Below are positions 49,750 to 58,613 of a stretch of 64,000 bases of DNA, piece after piece. The position numbers were made by a program, and so were the translations under genes. Every line of letters begins with the position of its first letter. Positions within the stretch are counted from its first letter, which is position 1. This stretch comes from Gammaproteobacteria bacterium (GTDB lineage Bacteria; Pseudomonadota; Gammaproteobacteria; Burkholderiales; Burkholderiaceae_C): positions 275,034 to 339,033 of the forward strand of contig JAHJWB010000003.1 in NCBI GenBank assembly GCA_018828125.1. The letters run 5' to 3'. A model generated the notes under the pieces. It did no database searches. It was not told the origin of the DNA and worked only from the letters and a program-made list of their open reading frames with translations.

Positions 49750-51081
49750 TCAAGGCCGGAGCAACTTTTTGCGCACCAAATGGATGTGGTTGCGCAGCGC
49801 ATACAGTTCATCGGCGTATGACAACGGGACGCTGACCTTTTCGGCTTGCGTCTCCAGAGCGTCAAGCGCTTTGAGCAGGTCGGTCGACTCGACTTTGCCC
49901 CCTTCCATGTCGTTTTCAATTTCTCGCAAGCGGCCGTACCAGCGGAACACCCGGGAGCGCACGCGGAACTGGTACAGCGGCGGCACGATGCGCGACAGAG
50001 GCAGCATCACAGCCAGCAAGATGCCCAGTACCAGCCACATCCGCTCTATCAGGTTGGCAATCCAGAATGGCAGGTAGCGCTGCATCAGGGGCACGGTTTC
50101 ATTGATGGCGCGTTCGCCTTCTTTGGCGATGGGCAGTTCGCTGTGGCGGGTGCTGGGAAACTCCCTGGCCCGGTTGAACCAGCCTGCTCCGTTGTGCAGC
50201 CGCTGCGCGTTTTGCGCAAACAAGGTCAAAAGGGCGGGGTGCGTTCCTTCTCGCGCCAGCAGCGAGGTGGTGGAGGCGACCAGCCGCACGTCCTTCGCGG
50301 GCACATTGGCTGCCAGGTCAACGACGCCGCGCGGCAGCGTGGCAGGGGTCAGAAACGGAAATCGGCGCGCGTAGGCCTCGTGCTGGGCAAAGTCCATCAA
50401 TTGGACCCCGGGTGTTTGCAGCAGCATCTGCACCATCAGCGACTCGGGGGCCGAGGCAAACACCAGGGCGTCCAGTTTGCCCGCCAGAAACTCTACCGTC
50501 GCAGGTGTCTGCTCCAGACGCGACAGGGTGACATCCCCGGGCTCAATGCGATTGGCCTCCAGCAACCGGTCCATCAGAGTGGGGACGCCACTGCCAGCTG
50601 TTCCCACGTTGACGCGCAGGCCCTTGAGCTGTGGCAATCCATCGAGTTGGCCCTTTTGTTCGTTGGAGCCGCGCTTTTTAATCGCATCCGTCCGGTAAAA
50701 AAGCCATACCGGCTCCACAAACAAACTGCCCAGCGACACCAGTTCGTCCGCATCATCGGGCCGCAGCTCCGCGGTGCCCCCTTGCACAAACGCGACATCG
50801 GCCTTGCCGTCGCGCAGCAATCGCAGGTTGTGCGATGAACCCTCACTGGGCAGCAGTACGACATCGATGCCATCCACTTCCAGCGCTTTCTGATAGCGCT
50901 TGCCGAACTCTTCATACGCACTTTGCGCGGGGCCGGTCGCGAGTGTCACCGTTTTGGGTGGGTTGGGGTTGAGCCACCAGTACGCGAGCACCAGCAGCCC
51001 CACCCCTAAAAATGCAAATGGCCCCGCAGATGCGAGCAGATCGCGCAGGGAAAGCAGGGTGTTGCGAAATACCTGGGGCAT
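49750..51081 (-). CDS. TAXI-type solute-binding protein with N- and C-terminal TM segments
   Basis: LATGPAQSAY, SEGSSHNL, FVQGG, EPVWLFYR, GTAGSG; C-terminal WLVLGILLAVMLPL then RSRVFRWY. Confidence 0.8.
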   Translation of the reverse strand: MPQVFRNTLLSLRDLLASAGPFAFLGVGLLVLAYWWLNPNPPKTVTLATGPAQSAYEEFGKRYQKALEVDGIDVVLLPSEGSSHNLRLLRDGKADVAFVQGGTAELRPDDADELVSLGSLFVEPVWLFYRTDAIKKRGSNEQKGQLDGLPQLKGLRVNVGTAGSGVPTLMDRLLEANRIEPGDVTLSRLEQTPATVEFLAGKLDALVFASAPESLMVQMLLQTPGVQLMDFAQHEAYARRFPFLTPATLPRGVVDLAANVPAKDVRLVASTTSLLAREGTHPALLTLFAQNAQRLHNGAGWFNRAREFPSTRHSELPIAKEGERAINETVPLMQRYLPFWIANLIERMWLVLGILLAVMLPLSRIVPPLYQFRVRSRVFRWYGRLREIENDMEGGKVESTDLLKALDALETQAEKVSVPLSYADELYALRNHIHLVRKKLLRP

Positions 51082-51266
51082 GGGATGACTGTCATGGGAA
51101 ATAGGGCCGCACACAAAGTCCTGCGACATGTGTGCGGGGGGGGGGTGCGAAAGTTTTTTTCCACAAGTGTGCTCACACCGTGGCGCCGCTAGTTTGCGGC
51201 AGGCTTCAGGAAGCCCCTCTCCTTAAATTCGAGCAGCGAGTGGCAAGTTGCTCGAATTCATTTGGT

Positions 51267-51803
51267 TCAAGGCTTGCTACTGCGCCGCTGGCGTTCGTGG
51301 GCCACGCATTCATTGATCGACAACTGGTCATTCTTGTCTGCATCCGCAGCGTCGAAATAGGCCATGCGAGTTTCTACCACTTCCTTGAACGACAACTTTC
51401 CGTCCCCGTCCTTGTCAATGGCGGCAAGCCTTTTTAGCCGACCTTTGCCCATGCCTGGCACCTTGGCCAAGTCTGCCAGCTGAACGTACCCCGTTCCGTC
51501 GGGAGAGATGTTGTGCCAGCTTTGCACGATGTTCTCGTGAAACTCGTCCAACGAAACACTGCCATCGTGGTTCAGATCGGCCGATGAACATATGGCCTGG
51601 AGTCGCTCCGTCAACGGCTTTCGCGCCGATTTGTGCGCTTTGTGAGGGGCTGTTTTGACAGGTGATGTTGGGGAAGGCACAGAAGCTGTGGGTGTTCCCT
51701 GGGCCAAGACGGGGAGTGCAAATAAAAGTGCGCTTGCTATGGCGACAGCAGCCAGCAGATGCGTGGCACGAAAGGCATGGTTATTAGAAGTTTTGATGAT
51801 CAT
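51267..51803 (-). CDS. Secreted EF-hand protein
   Basis: AAGGAG RBS; signal peptide; loops DLNHDGSVSLDE, DKDGDGKLSFKE, DADKNDQLSINE and a degenerate SPDGTGYVQLAD. Confidence 0.82.
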   Translation of the reverse strand: MIIKTSNNHAFRATHLLAAVAIASALLFALPVLAQGTPTASVPSPTSPVKTAPHKAHKSARKPLTERLQAICSSADLNHDGSVSLDEFHENIVQSWHNISPDGTGYVQLADLAKVPGMGKGRLKRLAAIDKDGDGKLSFKEVVETRMAYFDAADADKNDQLSINECVAHERQRRSSKP

Positions 51804-51813
51804 CGGGAACTCC

Positions 51814-52617
51814 TTACCACCACCAGCGCTGGCTGGAGCTGCGATTGCAAGACCACACCATGGTGGGAGTCCCTTGGCGGACCCGGCCGTTCTCCACATC
51901 CAGGCATTTGCCATTCAGCTGGCTCACGATCTGTCCGCCACGTGTTGACCAGCGCTGACTACGCGACCCCGAGCACGACCATAGGACCACTCGCGCGCCA
52001 TCGCGAGGGTCGCCACGTTCCACGTCTACACACAGATCACGTACGCGTATCTCGCCACCGCGGCCAACCACGAAGCGCTGTGACGCGGTGCCATTGCAGT
52101 CATACACCTGCAAAGCTGTGCCTGGCCGGATGTTGCCTTTGGTCACGTCTAAGCACAAGCGGCCATCCACCTTGATTTCTCCACCTCGTCCGCCGCCACC
52201 CGCAGGGTAGTCCGGGTAGTCAGGCCTGCGGTCGTTTTCGTGGCGGTTATGGTTGGCCAGCAACGCAAGACCCGCTATGGCCGCTACTGCTGCCACCGCA
52301 GCACCCGCATTAGAGCCATTGTCGTTACTTGATGCATAGCTGCGCGTGATCTTGAATCGGCCGCCGCAACCTCCATTGGTCCACAGCTCACTGTTTGTTA
52401 GGTCATATCCCCAGGTGCGATTGAATCGGCACTGGCCCTGTGTTTGTTCAGTCAGGTCCACCTGTGTTGTGTCGTCAGGTAAACGGTATGACATGTAACC
52501 GCCTGGCGACTGAAGTTCTACAAACTGGTCTTGGGTTTGCGCCTTCGCGGCTTGGACATTCATCAGCAAAGGTAGGCAAACCAGCCAAAAATTGCGTAGA
52601 CGTTTTGGGTCTTTCAT
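51814..52617 (-). CDS. Secreted ricin-type beta-trefoil lectin with an N-terminal DUF3011-like domain
   Basis: Signal peptide; C..WG...LW..GGC.G.F domain; three repeats CxDV...C...SQR(F/W). Confidence 0.8.
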   Translation of the reverse strand: MKDPKRLRNFWLVCLPLLMNVQAAKAQTQDQFVELQSPGGYMSYRLPDDTTQVDLTEQTQGQCRFNRTWGYDLTNSELWTNGGCGGRFKITRSYASSNDNGSNAGAAVAAVAAIAGLALLANHNRHENDRRPDYPDYPAGGGGRGGEIKVDGRLCLDVTKGNIRPGTALQVYDCNGTASQRFVVGRGGEIRVRDLCVDVERGDPRDGARVVLWSCSGSRSQRWSTRGGQIVSQLNGKCLDVENGRVRQGTPTMVWSCNRSSSQRWWW

Positions 52618-52752
52618 GGTGCACTCATCATTCTTTTGCAATTGTTGAACAGGGTCGTGGCAAGCTCCGTGTCAGTCTGCCTTTCTCATGTCTGCGGCCT
52701 GACAGGCTATGTCGGTCCAAGTCTAGAAAGCATCTGGGCCACACACTCATTT

Positions 52753-54339
52753 TTACAGCGCTATAGTCCGCCCGGAATTTTCAAGTCGGAAAATTGCCAC
52801 CGCACTTACGAGGTCTTCGGCCTGTCCCTGCAAGCTGGATGCGGCCGCCGCCATCTCTTCCACCAACGCGGCATTTTGCTGCGTTGCCTGATCCATCAAC
52901 ATGACCGCCTCGCCCACCTGCGACACACCTGAACTTTGCTCCGAACTAGCGCCGCTGATCTCCCCCATGATCTGAGTCACGTTGCTGATGCTTGCAACCA
53001 CCTCATCCATCGTGTTCCCAGCTCTGTCGACCAACGCAGTTCCTTGTTCCACGCGGCCGCCACTTTCCGTGATCAGTTGTTTGATTTCTTTCGCAGCTGC
53101 AGCGCTGCGCTGCGCGAGGCTGCGCACTTCACTGGCCACAACCGCAAATCCGCGGCCTTGATCTCCTGCGCGGGCGGCCTCTACGGCCGCGTTCAGAGCC
53201 AAAATGTTGGTCTGAAACGCAATACCATCAATCACGCTGATGATGTCGTTGATCTTGCGGCTGGAGTCGTTGATGTCCTTCATCGTTGCAACCACCATGG
53301 CCACCACCTCACCGCCCTGTTGCGCAATCTTCGAGGCCGAATGTGCCAATTTGTTGGCGTTGACGGCGTAATCTGCGTTCTGCTTCACAGTAGATCCCAG
53401 CTGCTCCATGGACGCAGCGGTCTGCTCCAGTGCACTTGCTTGCTGCTCGGTACGCATGGAAAGGTTGTGGTTGCCCTGCGCAATCTCCGAACTGGCTGCA
53501 GACACACTCTCCGATCCCTGGCGTACCCCGGCAACTAGGGTGGATAGGCTCTTTCGCATGGATTCCATCGAGGCGACCACCGTGGCTATTTCGTCCTTGC
53601 CGCGCGCCACCAGCGGGCTTGCCAGATTTCCTGCTGCAAACTCGCGTGTAGCCCGGCTCGCTTCGTCCAGCGGCTTGGTAATGGACCGCGTAGTTGCCAC
53701 GCCCAGCACACAGGCAAATATCACCATCACAACGCTCAGCGCGATGAGTTGTACCCGTAGGGCTTCTATTTGGCGCATAGACTGCTCACTTCCACGTTTC
53801 CCGATAGCGTCGCTTTCTGCCAGAAATGCGTCGATGTTTCCCACCAATTTGGTCAGAAGGGGGCGACATTCTTCATTGATTTTCTTGATTGCGAGATCTT
53901 TTTCGCCCAAACCACCCAGGCGGGTGATCTCCAAAGCGATAGGTCCATAGGCCGCCTCGGTGTTCTTTATCTGCGCCAAGAGGTTGTGGAGCGGAGCCGT
54001 TTCTGGCGGTGCATTTTTGAGGGCTTCTTCTACACTCTTAAGCGCGCGTCCCACGCCTTCATGTGCTATCACGATGCGTTTGGTTTCAGACTCGGCGTCT
54101 TCCTTCGAGCTTGAGATCACCAAATTGCGTGCGGAAACTGCACGTGCGTTAGCGGCATCAAGTACGTTATTACCCAGGCCCTTGATGACGTTGAGGTGGT
54201 TCACCTGATTGTCCAGGCTCTCACGTGTAACGGTTTCTCCGCGGATGCCCATGGCCGCCACCAGAATAAGTGCGCAGGTCAAGACAACATATCCGATACC
54301 AAGACGCGACTTGATGCTCAGGTTCTGCAGGACATTCAT
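52753..54339 (-). CDS. Methyl-accepting chemotaxis protein (four-helix-bundle sensor, HAMP)
   Basis: Two TMs, [43 protein letters not shown]. Confidence 0.95.
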   Translation of the reverse strand: MNVLQNLSIKSRLGIGYVVLTCALILVAAMGIRGETVTRESLDNQVNHLNVIKGLGNNVLDAANARAVSARNLVISSSKEDAESETKRIVIAHEGVGRALKSVEEALKNAPPETAPLHNLLAQIKNTEAAYGPIALEITRLGGLGEKDLAIKKINEECRPLLTKLVGNIDAFLAESDAIGKRGSEQSMRQIEALRVQLIALSVVMVIFACVLGVATTRSITKPLDEASRATREFAAGNLASPLVARGKDEIATVVASMESMRKSLSTLVAGVRQGSESVSAASSEIAQGNHNLSMRTEQQASALEQTAASMEQLGSTVKQNADYAVNANKLAHSASKIAQQGGEVVAMVVATMKDINDSSRKINDIISVIDGIAFQTNILALNAAVEAARAGDQGRGFAVVASEVRSLAQRSAAAAKEIKQLITESGGRVEQGTALVDRAGNTMDEVVASISNVTQIMGEISGASSEQSSGVSQVGEAVMLMDQATQQNAALVEEMAAAASSLQGQAEDLVSAVAIFRLENSGRTIAL

Positions 54340-54719
54340 GAGTGGCCCCCCCCGATTTGTTACATAGATGATGCGCGGTTTCGATGTAAAAGGCACGGAG
54401 CAAAACCCGTATTGGCTAAGAGCAACATACAACGAGAATTGCAGTGGACTGGTGTGCGACAAGGCACGAACCGCCGAATCACAGGTTTAGTAAAGACGAT
54501 AAACGGGTGCAGTATGGTGTGCAATTGAAGTCCGTCAATACGTTTTTGACGGCCCATCGATTTTTTCTGCCAAGCGCTCACGTGGGCTGGGAGAGGCGGG
54601 GATTGGCTTTCTTCTCCATGCGGTCCTCAGAGTGAAGTGTCTTTTGCGCCTGCAGCCTTGGGGGGGCCAATTAGCATTTCAGCCGCGCCGGCATGGAACG
54701 CCGCGCTGTAGCCCCGGTC

Positions 54720-55733
54720 TTACCTATTGGCCAACTCGCCCGCCCATGGCAGATAAAGCCCCTCCGCAGTCGTGATTGAGCGTGCAGCTCTGGCGGCACG
54801 TGCGGTGGCGATCGCAGTGGCTTCTGCGGCCATCGTCGCCAGCACCATCATGCCCAGCGTTTTTTTGGCACAGCCTGTGCCCAGGCTGAAAAGGGTGTCG
54901 CCATCGGACATGGTATGCACCGGGTTGATGCTGCGGGCCAGGCCATCGTGCGCGGCAACGGCCAAGCGGTGGGCCTGCACCTTGGTGATGATCGCATCGG
55001 TTGCCACCACGCCGATGGTGGTGTTGGTGCCCGCCAGCAAAGGCTGTGGCGGGTCGCCGCGAAGCAGGGCGCGGCGGGTGTCGCGCAAACGCAGGCCGTC
55101 GTCGGTGCGGGCTCCGGCAATCACCTGGGCGGTGTCTGGGTCGATCACATCGCCCAGGGCATTGCAGGCGATCAGCGCGCCCACCGTGACGCCATCCACT
55201 GTGACGGAAGCGGTGCCGATGCCACCCTTCATCGCGCGCTGGATGCCGAAGATCTTGCCCAGCGCTGCACCCGTGCCCGCGCCCACATTGCCTTCGGCCG
55301 GGTCGGCGGTGGATGCCGCATCGCATGCCGCGTATCCCGCCGCAGCGTCGGGGCGGATGCGCATGTCGCCGACCAGAAGGTCAAACAGCACGGCGGCGGG
55401 GACGATCGGCAGGCGGCCCACGGCCACGTCAAAGCCGATGTCGCGTTCTTCCAGCCAGCGCACGGCGCCGGTGGCGGCGTCCAGCCCCCAGGCGCTGCCC
55501 CCGGCCAGCATGATGGCGTGCACCTTGTCCACCAGGTTGGAGGGGTGGAGCAGATCGGTCTCGCGTGTGCCCGGCGCTGCGCCGCGCACATCCACACCAG
55601 CCACGGCGCCATCGCGGGTGATGATGACGGTGCAGCCCGTGGGGCGGCGGGTTTCGGTGAAGTGGCCTACCTCGATGCCCGCCACGCGGGTGATGCTGCC
55701 AGCGCTGCCGGCCAGAACGTGTTGAGAACTCAT
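54720..55733 (-). CDS. P1/DmpA family peptidase (Ntn-like)
   Basis: TGCTV, RGAAPGTRETD, GNVGAGTG, NTTIG, HTMSDGD. Confidence 0.88.
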   Translation of the reverse strand: MSSQHVLAGSAGSITRVAGIEVGHFTETRRPTGCTVIITRDGAVAGVDVRGAAPGTRETDLLHPSNLVDKVHAIMLAGGSAWGLDAATGAVRWLEERDIGFDVAVGRLPIVPAAVLFDLLVGDMRIRPDAAAGYAACDAASTADPAEGNVGAGTGAALGKIFGIQRAMKGGIGTASVTVDGVTVGALIACNALGDVIDPDTAQVIAGARTDDGLRLRDTRRALLRGDPPQPLLAGTNTTIGVVATDAIITKVQAHRLAVAAHDGLARSINPVHTMSDGDTLFSLGTGCAKKTLGMMVLATMAAEATAIATARAARAARSITTAEGLYLPWAGELANR

Positions 55734-55799
55734 GGCCGCCGATTATGGTGCCCGGGCGCACGAGCTGGTTTGTGCGACGTCAGTCAGCCGGCAGGGGGC

Positions 55800-56156
55800 T
55801 CACGGGGCCTTTTCGATCTGCTTGACGTGGTAAGCGCCATTGACCTGCTCGGCCCGAAAGCGCACCTTGTCACCCTGGTTCAAGTCACCCACCACGCTGG
55901 CGTCCGCCACGCGAAAGACCATGGTCATGGGCGGCATTTCCAGGTTCTTGATCTCGCCGTGTCTCAGGGTGAGGCGCAGTGTGCGCGGGTCCCAGCGGGT
56001 GATCTCGCCTTCGCTCATTTCCACCTGCGCCGCCGACGGGGCCGGATTGTGGCTGTTGTGGCTATCGGAGGCTGCAGGGGTGGGGGCTTGCGCCAGAGCG
56101 GGCCCTGCGCCCAGGAGAAGCAGGCTGGCGACCAGTGGGATGGACAGGATTTTCAT
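55800..56156 (-). CDS. CusF-like periplasmic copper-binding protein
   Basis: Signal peptide; TLRHGEIKNLEMPPMTMVF. Confidence 0.9.
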   Translation of the reverse strand: MKILSIPLVASLLLLGAGPALAQAPTPAASDSHNSHNPAPSAAQVEMSEGEITRWDPRTLRLTLRHGEIKNLEMPPMTMVFRVADASVVGDLNQGDKVRFRAEQVNGAYHVKQIEKAP

Positions 56157-56692
56157 GTCGATGCCTTCTTGTTGTAGCTTTTGAAAACACGGGCGCTGCC
56201 GTCGCGCGCCACCAGCAGCACGTCGTACGGGTCACGCCGGTCGCCATAAGCAGGGCCGTCCATGCCCGGCGAGCCCACGGGCATGCCAGGCACGGCCAGG
56301 CCCAGGGCCTTCGGCTTTTGCTGCAGCAGGGTGCGCACATCGCTGGCGGGCACGTGGCCTTCCACCACATAGCCGCCGACGAGGGCGGTGTGGCACGAGC
56401 CCAGCTTTTGCGGCAGACCCAGGCGCGCGCGCACCGCGTTGTTGCCGGTGTCGTGCACCTTCACGGCAAAGCCGTTGGCCTGCATGTGGTCCACCCAGTC
56501 TTGGCAGCAGCCGCAGTTGGGGTCTTTCCACACCTCCAGCGGCGTGGGGGTGTTGGTGGCTGCGCGGGTCATGCTTGGCAGCAGTGCGGCGGCTACACCC
56601 GCGCCCAGCAAAGGCAGGGTGGTGCTGAGCCATTGGCGGCGGGCAGGGTGGGCTGCGGTGGATGCGGAGCGTGAATTGCGTGAGTTGGTCAT
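56153..56692 (-). CDS. DUF411 / CopG-like metal-binding protein
   Basis: Twin-Arg-like RRQWL leader, KDPNCGCC, SCHTA, EGHVP, LAVPGMPVGSPGM. Confidence 0.88.
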   Translation of the reverse strand: MTNSRNSRSASTAAHPARRQWLSTTLPLLGAGVAAALLPSMTRAATNTPTPLEVWKDPNCGCCQDWVDHMQANGFAVKVHDTGNNAVRARLGLPQKLGSCHTALVGGYVVEGHVPASDVRTLLQQKPKALGLAVPGMPVGSPGMDGPAYGDRRDPYDVLLVARDGSARVFKSYNKKAST

Positions 56693-56710
56693 GGCGTGTC
56701 TCTCCTGGAG

Positions 56711-57208
56711 TTATTGGTTACGGGGCAGCACGGTGATGGTTCCTGTCATGCCGGCCTGGTAGTGGCCAGGGATCAGGCAGGCAAAGTCAAATTTCCCGGC
56801 GCGGTTGAAGTGCCACACGATGTCGCCGGTCTTGGCCGCCGCCACGTGGGCCATGTAGGGCTCGTCATGTTCCATGCCGGGGTGCTTTTTCATCATCTCG
56901 GCGTGCTGGTCCAGCTCGGCCTTGGTGCCGATCACGATCTCGTGCAACACTTTGCCTTTGTTCTCTACAAGCAGCCGTACGGTGTCGCCCTCGCGCACTT
57001 CGATGTGATTCGGCGCAAAGCGCATGTCATCGCTCATGCGGACGGTGATGGTGCGGCGCACGGCCTTGGCGTCGCCTGCGATGCCCCAGTCCTTTTGCTC
57101 CTTGACCACCGGGCTGTTCGATGCGGTGTGGTGGGCGTTTTCATGGCCAAAAGAGGTGATGGCGCTTATCCACAAAGCGCAAGCAGCTATCAATTTAATA
57201 GTATTCAT
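56711..57208 (-). CDS. Cupredoxin (CopI-like)
   Basis: DDMRF, HEIVIG, His/Met-rich loop, FACLIPGHYQAGM. Confidence 0.88.
   Translation of the reverse strand: MNTIKLIAACALWISAITSFGHENAHHTASNSPVVKEQKDWGIAGDAKAVRRTITVRMSDDMRFAPNHIEVREGDTVRLLVENKGKVLHEIVIGTKAELDQHAEMMKKHPGMEHDEPYMAHVAAAKTGDIVWHFNRAGKFDFACLIPGHYQAGMTGTITVLPRNQ
57140..57208 (-). repeat. Palindromic repeat copy 10, forming the cupredoxin signal peptide
   Basis: ATGaatactattaaattgATAGCTgctTGCGCTTtgtggatAAGCGCCatc; encodes MNTIKLIAACALWISAIT. Confidence 0.82.
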
Positions 57209-57229
57209 GGTGTGTGCTGATGGGGAGGT

Positions 57230-58612
57230 TCAGTGCTGGTGGCCGCTGGCAGCGGGCTTGCGTGCGCTGGCTGCGCCGGGCGCAGTGCCGGGGGCGTCTG
57301 CGCGGGCGGGGCGGGGTGTGCTGGCGCGCGCGCCCTGCCATTCGTAGGCCACCGTGCCCGCAGGTTGCGCAAAGTCACCCGGGTCGCGGTAGTCGCCCGC
57401 AGGCTGGTCGGCGCGCACCTTGAGCGTGGTGAACATGCCGCCCATCTCCAGCGGGCCAAAGGGGCCCGTGCCGGTCATCATCGGAAAGGTGTTGTCGGGC
57501 AGCGGCATTTCCATGGCACCCATGTCGGCCATGCCGCGCTCGCCCATCACCATGTAGTCGGGCACGATCTTCTGGATCTTGCCCACCAGACCCCGGTGGT
57601 CCACGCCGATCATGGTGGGCACGTCGTGCCCCATGGCGCCCATGGTGTGGTGGCTTTTGTGGCAGTGCAGGGCCCAGTCGCCAGGTTCGTCGGCAACCAG
57701 CTCGACCTGCCGCATCTGGCCCACGGCCACGTCGGTGGTCACCTCGGGCGAGCGCGCGCTTTTGGGTACGGGGCCGCCGTCAGTGCCGGTCACTTCAAAC
57801 TCGTGCCCATGCAGGTGGATAGGGTGGTTGGTCATGGTGAGGTTGCCCACGCGCATGCGCACGCGCTCACCCTGGCGCGCCACCAGCGGGCTGATGGCGG
57901 GGAACACGCGACTGTTCCAGCACCAGATGTTGTGGTCCAGCATGGTGTTGACCTTGGGGGTCATGCTGCCAGGCTCAACGTCAAAAGCGTTGAGCAGGAA
58001 GGCGTAGTCGCGCTGCACCTTGGCGATGTGCGGGTGCGCAGCCTTCGGGTGGGTGATCCACAGGCCCATCATGCCCATTGCCATCTGCACCATCTCATCG
58101 GCATGCGGGTGGTACATAAAGGTGCCGGGGCGGCGCGCCACAAACTCGTACACAAAGGTCTTGCCCGGCTGGATGGCGGGCTGGGTGAGCCCGCCCACGC
58201 CGTCCATGCCGTTGGGCAGGCGCTGGCCGTGCCAGTGGATGGTGGTGTGCTCGGGCAGACGGTTGGTGACGAAGATGCGCACGCGGTCGCCTTCAACCAC
58301 CTCGATGGTGGGGCCCGGGCTTTGGCCGTTGTAGCCCCACATGTTGACCATGAAGCCGGGCGCCACCTCGCGCACCACGGGCTCGGCCACCAGGTGGAAC
58401 TCCTTGACGCCCGCGTTCATGCGCCAGGGTGCGGTCCAGCCATTCAAAGTGACCACCGGGTTGTAGGGGCGGCCCGTGGGCGGTTGCAGCGGCGGCGCGG
58501 TGTCGGCGCTGGTCTGCATGGCGGGTTCGGGCAGCGCGGCCAGGGCCACGCGGCTGACGGAGGCTGCGGCCACTGCCGTGGCGGCGCCGGAGAAGAAATT
58601 GCGGCGGTTCAT
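57230..58612 (-). CDS. Tat-exported two-domain multicopper oxidase with a Met-rich tail
   Basis: MNRRNFF; IHWHG, YHPH, HPIHLHG, HCHKSHHTMGAM. Confidence 0.92.
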   Translation of the reverse strand: MNRRNFFSGAATAVAAASVSRVALAALPEPAMQTSADTAPPLQPPTGRPYNPVVTLNGWTAPWRMNAGVKEFHLVAEPVVREVAPGFMVNMWGYNGQSPGPTIEVVEGDRVRIFVTNRLPEHTTIHWHGQRLPNGMDGVGGLTQPAIQPGKTFVYEFVARRPGTFMYHPHADEMVQMAMGMMGLWITHPKAAHPHIAKVQRDYAFLLNAFDVEPGSMTPKVNTMLDHNIWCWNSRVFPAISPLVARQGERVRMRVGNLTMTNHPIHLHGHEFEVTGTDGGPVPKSARSPEVTTDVAVGQMRQVELVADEPGDWALHCHKSHHTMGAMGHDVPTMIGVDHRGLVGKIQKIVPDYMVMGERGMADMGAMEMPLPDNTFPMMTGTGPFGPLEMGGMFTTLKVRADQPAGDYRDPGDFAQPAGTVAYEWQGARASTPRPARADAPGTAPGAASARKPAASGHQH

Positions 58613-58613
58613 G

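Noticed and set aside
11276-57208. Repeat family as a CRISPR array
   Set aside because: Copies are kilobases apart, degenerate and in both orientations, with no spacers and no cas genes.
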